Of a DNA stretch of 25,906 nt, positions 24,255 to 25,906 are shown in pieces (the stretch's first letter is position 1; the number at the start of each line of letters is the position of its first letter). The notes beneath the pieces are model-generated. The model was given only the letters and a program-made list of their open reading frames with translations. It did not search any database and was not told where the DNA came from. The DNA comes from a virus. Its lineage: Duplodnaviria; Caudoviricetes. Location: IMG/VR virus record IMGVR_UViG_3300012041_000059, positions 1 to 25,906 of that record; one strand, given 5' to 3'. The translations under genes were made by a program, and so were the position numbers.

Positions 24255-24882
24255 GCTCGGCCTGGGGTGGTGCCCCGATAGGTGCAGCAGCGCCGCAGAT
24301 GCAATCATCGTCATTGTTGCCCCCGCCTACGCCAAGACACGCGAGCGAGTGCTTGGGCGCAACCTGTGGTGCCTGTGCCCCCCTATCCCACTGAGCGAGC
24401 GCATCTTCTCCGTGGGCATGAAGGAACGTGCGAATGTCCGGCGTGGCAATCTCCCCACGTATCATGGCGACGTGAACCAAGGTCGGGTCTTGCAGCTGGC
24501 GCATGATGTCGGCCTGTGGTGCCTGTGGGGATGCGGCGAGCGCATCAATTGCGGCGTGGAGTGCGGCCAGTGTTTCTGGGCGTTCTTGCGAGCATCGGTA
24601 AATCTTATTCGCCAGCCGCTTCGCCTCATCGGGCGCCACCTGTAGCGGTGGTCCCCACGCCCAGCAGCCTTCTGCATGGGTGGTTTGGGGTGGGGCCGAT
24701 AGCGCGGCTTCAGCGGCTGCCCAGGCAAGAGGCTTGCGCCTGGCATAGTCAGCGCGCATGTCTTCCCATTTGGCCATGCTCATGCCGACTAGACCATCAG
24801 GGTGCTTGGCTTCTTCAATCAGGAATTTCAACCTCTTGAGCGCCACCAACTCAGCGAGCGCTGCGCGTACTGAATCACTCAT
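24217..24882 (-). CDS. Modular early-region hypothetical protein (Ea22/Ead-like mosaic), about 221 aa
   Basis: Start reassigned to ATG 24882 (GGGGGAG SD); short modules joined by APPQ/QAPQ linkers; 3' end overlaps int by 38 nt. Confidence 0.65.
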   Translation of the reverse strand: MSDSVRAALAELVALKRLKFLIEEAKHPDGLVGMSMAKWEDMRADYARRKPLAWAAAEAALSAPPQTTHAEGCWAWGPPLQVAPDEAKRLANKIYRCSQERPETLAALHAAIDALAASPQAPQADIMRQLQDPTLVHVAMIRGEIATPDIRTFLHAHGEDALAQWDRGAQAPQVAPKHSLACLGVGGGNNDDDCICGAAAPIGAPPQAEPNPPAPGAHPPA

Positions 24883-24898
24883 GACGACTCCCCCAGGG

Positions 24899-25132
24899 TT
24901 ACGTGGCCTCGGCCGACGCCTGATCCCGCAGCGCCTCGAGGCGCTCGGCGACATCGCGCGAGTCGGCGAAGCGGCGGCCGCCGTCGAGGTAGGTGCGCAC
25001 GCCGAGCGTGCCGTCGCCCACCTTGTTATTCACGGTGCTGGCGCCGAGTTTGAGCACGTCGGCCAGCTCTTTCATGTTGAGCCGCGGGCCGTAGCGCTCG
25101 AGCAGCCAGGCTTCTTTGAGAAGGGCGCTCAC
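24899..25132 (-). CDS. Excisionase-like winged-HTH DNA-binding protein, 77 aa
   Basis: GTG 25132 overlaps the upstream stop; LLERYGPRLNMKELADVLKLGASTVNNKV; near int, convergent with it. Confidence 0.75.
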   Translation of the reverse strand: MSALLKEAWLLERYGPRLNMKELADVLKLGASTVNNKVGDGTLGVRTYLDGGRRFADSRDVAERLEALRDQASAEAT

Positions 25133-25647
25133 GGGTACACCTTGGCCAGGTCCGCGCGCACGGCCTTGCCGCGCCGGCGCAGCACGTTGGAGAATCTGCG
25201 GACGGCTCGGGCGCGACCTTCGTAGCTCTTGTGGTAGTAGTTCTGGACGCCGTGGTGGAAGAGCTGGCCCCACGCGGACGAGCCATCGGACTCGTACTGC
25301 TCGCTGCTCCAGTACCACGCGGCTTCGAACTTGCGCTTGAGGTTGGCGTACAGCAGCGCCTGCTCTTGCCGCGTGGGCAGCTCGCCGCCGATCTCGGCCG
25401 CCCAGGCCTTGGCCTGCTCCCAGGTGACGCCGTCGTTCTGGCCGGGCACCAGCACCAGGTGGTGGCTGAAGTTGCCGTCGGCGTCGAGCACGATGCCGGC
25501 GTAGCGCTCGCCGGGGGCGAGCGCGATCTCGGCCTCGTCGATGACGTAGGCCACCGGCGCGCCGCGTTGCGCGGCTTCGAGGTCGGCGATCATCCGGGCG
25601 AGCTTGGTCTGCTCGGCCTTCACGTGTTCGAGTGTGATGGTGGGCAT
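25129..25647 (-). CDS. DUF1566/Lcl (C-type-lectin-fold) protein, DGR target A, 172 aa, with a foreign 20-aa C-terminal tail
   Basis: GERYAGI, TWEQAKAWA..GGELPTRQEQALLYANLK, WYWSS, AW.Q.F..G.Q....KS.E.RARAVRR. Confidence 0.88.
   Translation of the reverse strand: MPTITLEHVKAEQTKLARMIADLEAAQRGAPVAYVIDEAEIALAPGERYAGIVLDADGNFSHHLVLVPGQNDGVTWEQAKAWAAEIGGELPTRQEQALLYANLKRKFEAAWYWSSEQYESDGSSAWGQLFHHGVQNYYHKSYEGRARAVRRFSNVLRRRGKAVRADLAKVYP
25198..25288 (-). repeat. DGR variable repeat VR-A (91 bp)
   Basis: 78/91 identical to 25704-25794 without gaps; all mismatches are in positions 1-2 of NNC codons; the last 34 bp (coding sense) are identical. Confidence 0.85.
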
Positions 25648-25682
25648 GTGCGCCTCGTTGTGGTGTTAAAGGATCGAAGGAT

Positions 25683-25906
25683 TCAAGAACCGATGGGAAT
25701 CAAGCGGACGGCTCGGGCGCGACCTTCGTAGCTCTTGAGGAGGTCGTACTGGTAGCCGTCGTCGAAGTTCTGGCTCCACGCGAACGAGCCATCGTCTTCG
25801 TGCGGCTCGCACGTCCAGTGCAAGCGAGGCTCGAACTCTCTCTTGAGGTTGGCGTACAGCAGCGCGGCCACGGAGCGCGTGGGCAACTCGGCCTCGAGCT
25901 TGGCGG
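25683..25906 (-). CDS. DUF1566/Lcl protein, DGR target B (5' part outside the window)
   Basis: ELPTRSVAALLYANLK...HWT...AWSQNFDDGYQYDLLKSYEGRARAVRLIP; paralogue of target A. Confidence 0.85.
   Translation of the reverse strand, partial: AKLEAELPTRSVAALLYANLKREFEPRLHWTCEPHEDDGSFAWSQNFDDGYQYDLLKSYEGRARAVRLIPIGS
25704..25794 (-). repeat. DGR variable repeat VR-B (91 bp)
   Basis: Partner of 25198-25288; followed after the stop by ATCCTTCGATCCTTT. Confidence 0.85.

Larger units (their letters stand above)
1..25906. mobile_element. Temperate siphovirus-like phage genome segment (late genes - attP - int - early genes), apparently the unintegrated/circular form
   Basis: Canonical lambdoid gene order (connector, closure, gp10, terminator, tube, chaperones, TMP, tip, lysis), a tyrosine integrase, and phage genes on both sides of the att-like site. 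No host housekeeping genes. Confidence 0.95.

Noticed and set aside
25198-25794. One of the two repeats being the TR itself
   Set aside because: Both lie in-frame in coding genes and both have non-A bases at many variable positions, so neither can template the other by A-to-N mutation.

Overview
High-GC segment of a temperate, lambda-like long-tailed (siphovirus-type) phage. A betaproteobacterial host is inferred only. The + strand carries the late operon in this order: accessory virion/fibre-like genes (1-4475), head-tail joining genes, tail tube, tail chaperones with a -1 frameshift, tape measure, tail-tip genes (with an intercalated orphan DNA methyltransferase), and a 1359-aa J-like tip protein. 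It continues with an expanded lysis region (holin candidates, lambda-R-type endolysin, FN3 protein, secreted beta-helix protein, Rz/Rz1) and a four-gene metallo-enzyme/nucleotide cassette ending at an intrinsic terminator. An intact attP-like region and a tyrosine integrase follow, converging with a leftward early operon. Two signals stand out. (1) Two tandem DUF1566/Lcl-like genes share a 91-bp 3' region whose 13 differences all fall in positions 1-2 of NNC codons, the signature of diversity-generating retroelement (DGR) variable repeats. No TR, avd or RT is in the window, and the distal target is fused to what looks like the last 20 codons of a DGR reverse transcriptase (a 'frozen' or trans-served DGR on early, non-tail proteins). 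(2) The attP core matches the 5' end, not the usual 3' end, of a tRNA. Integration would place two unannotated small membrane/lipoprotein genes under the host tRNA promoter, while the phage supplies the promoter for the restored tRNA. Family assignments come from motif recognition and gene order only; no database searches were run.
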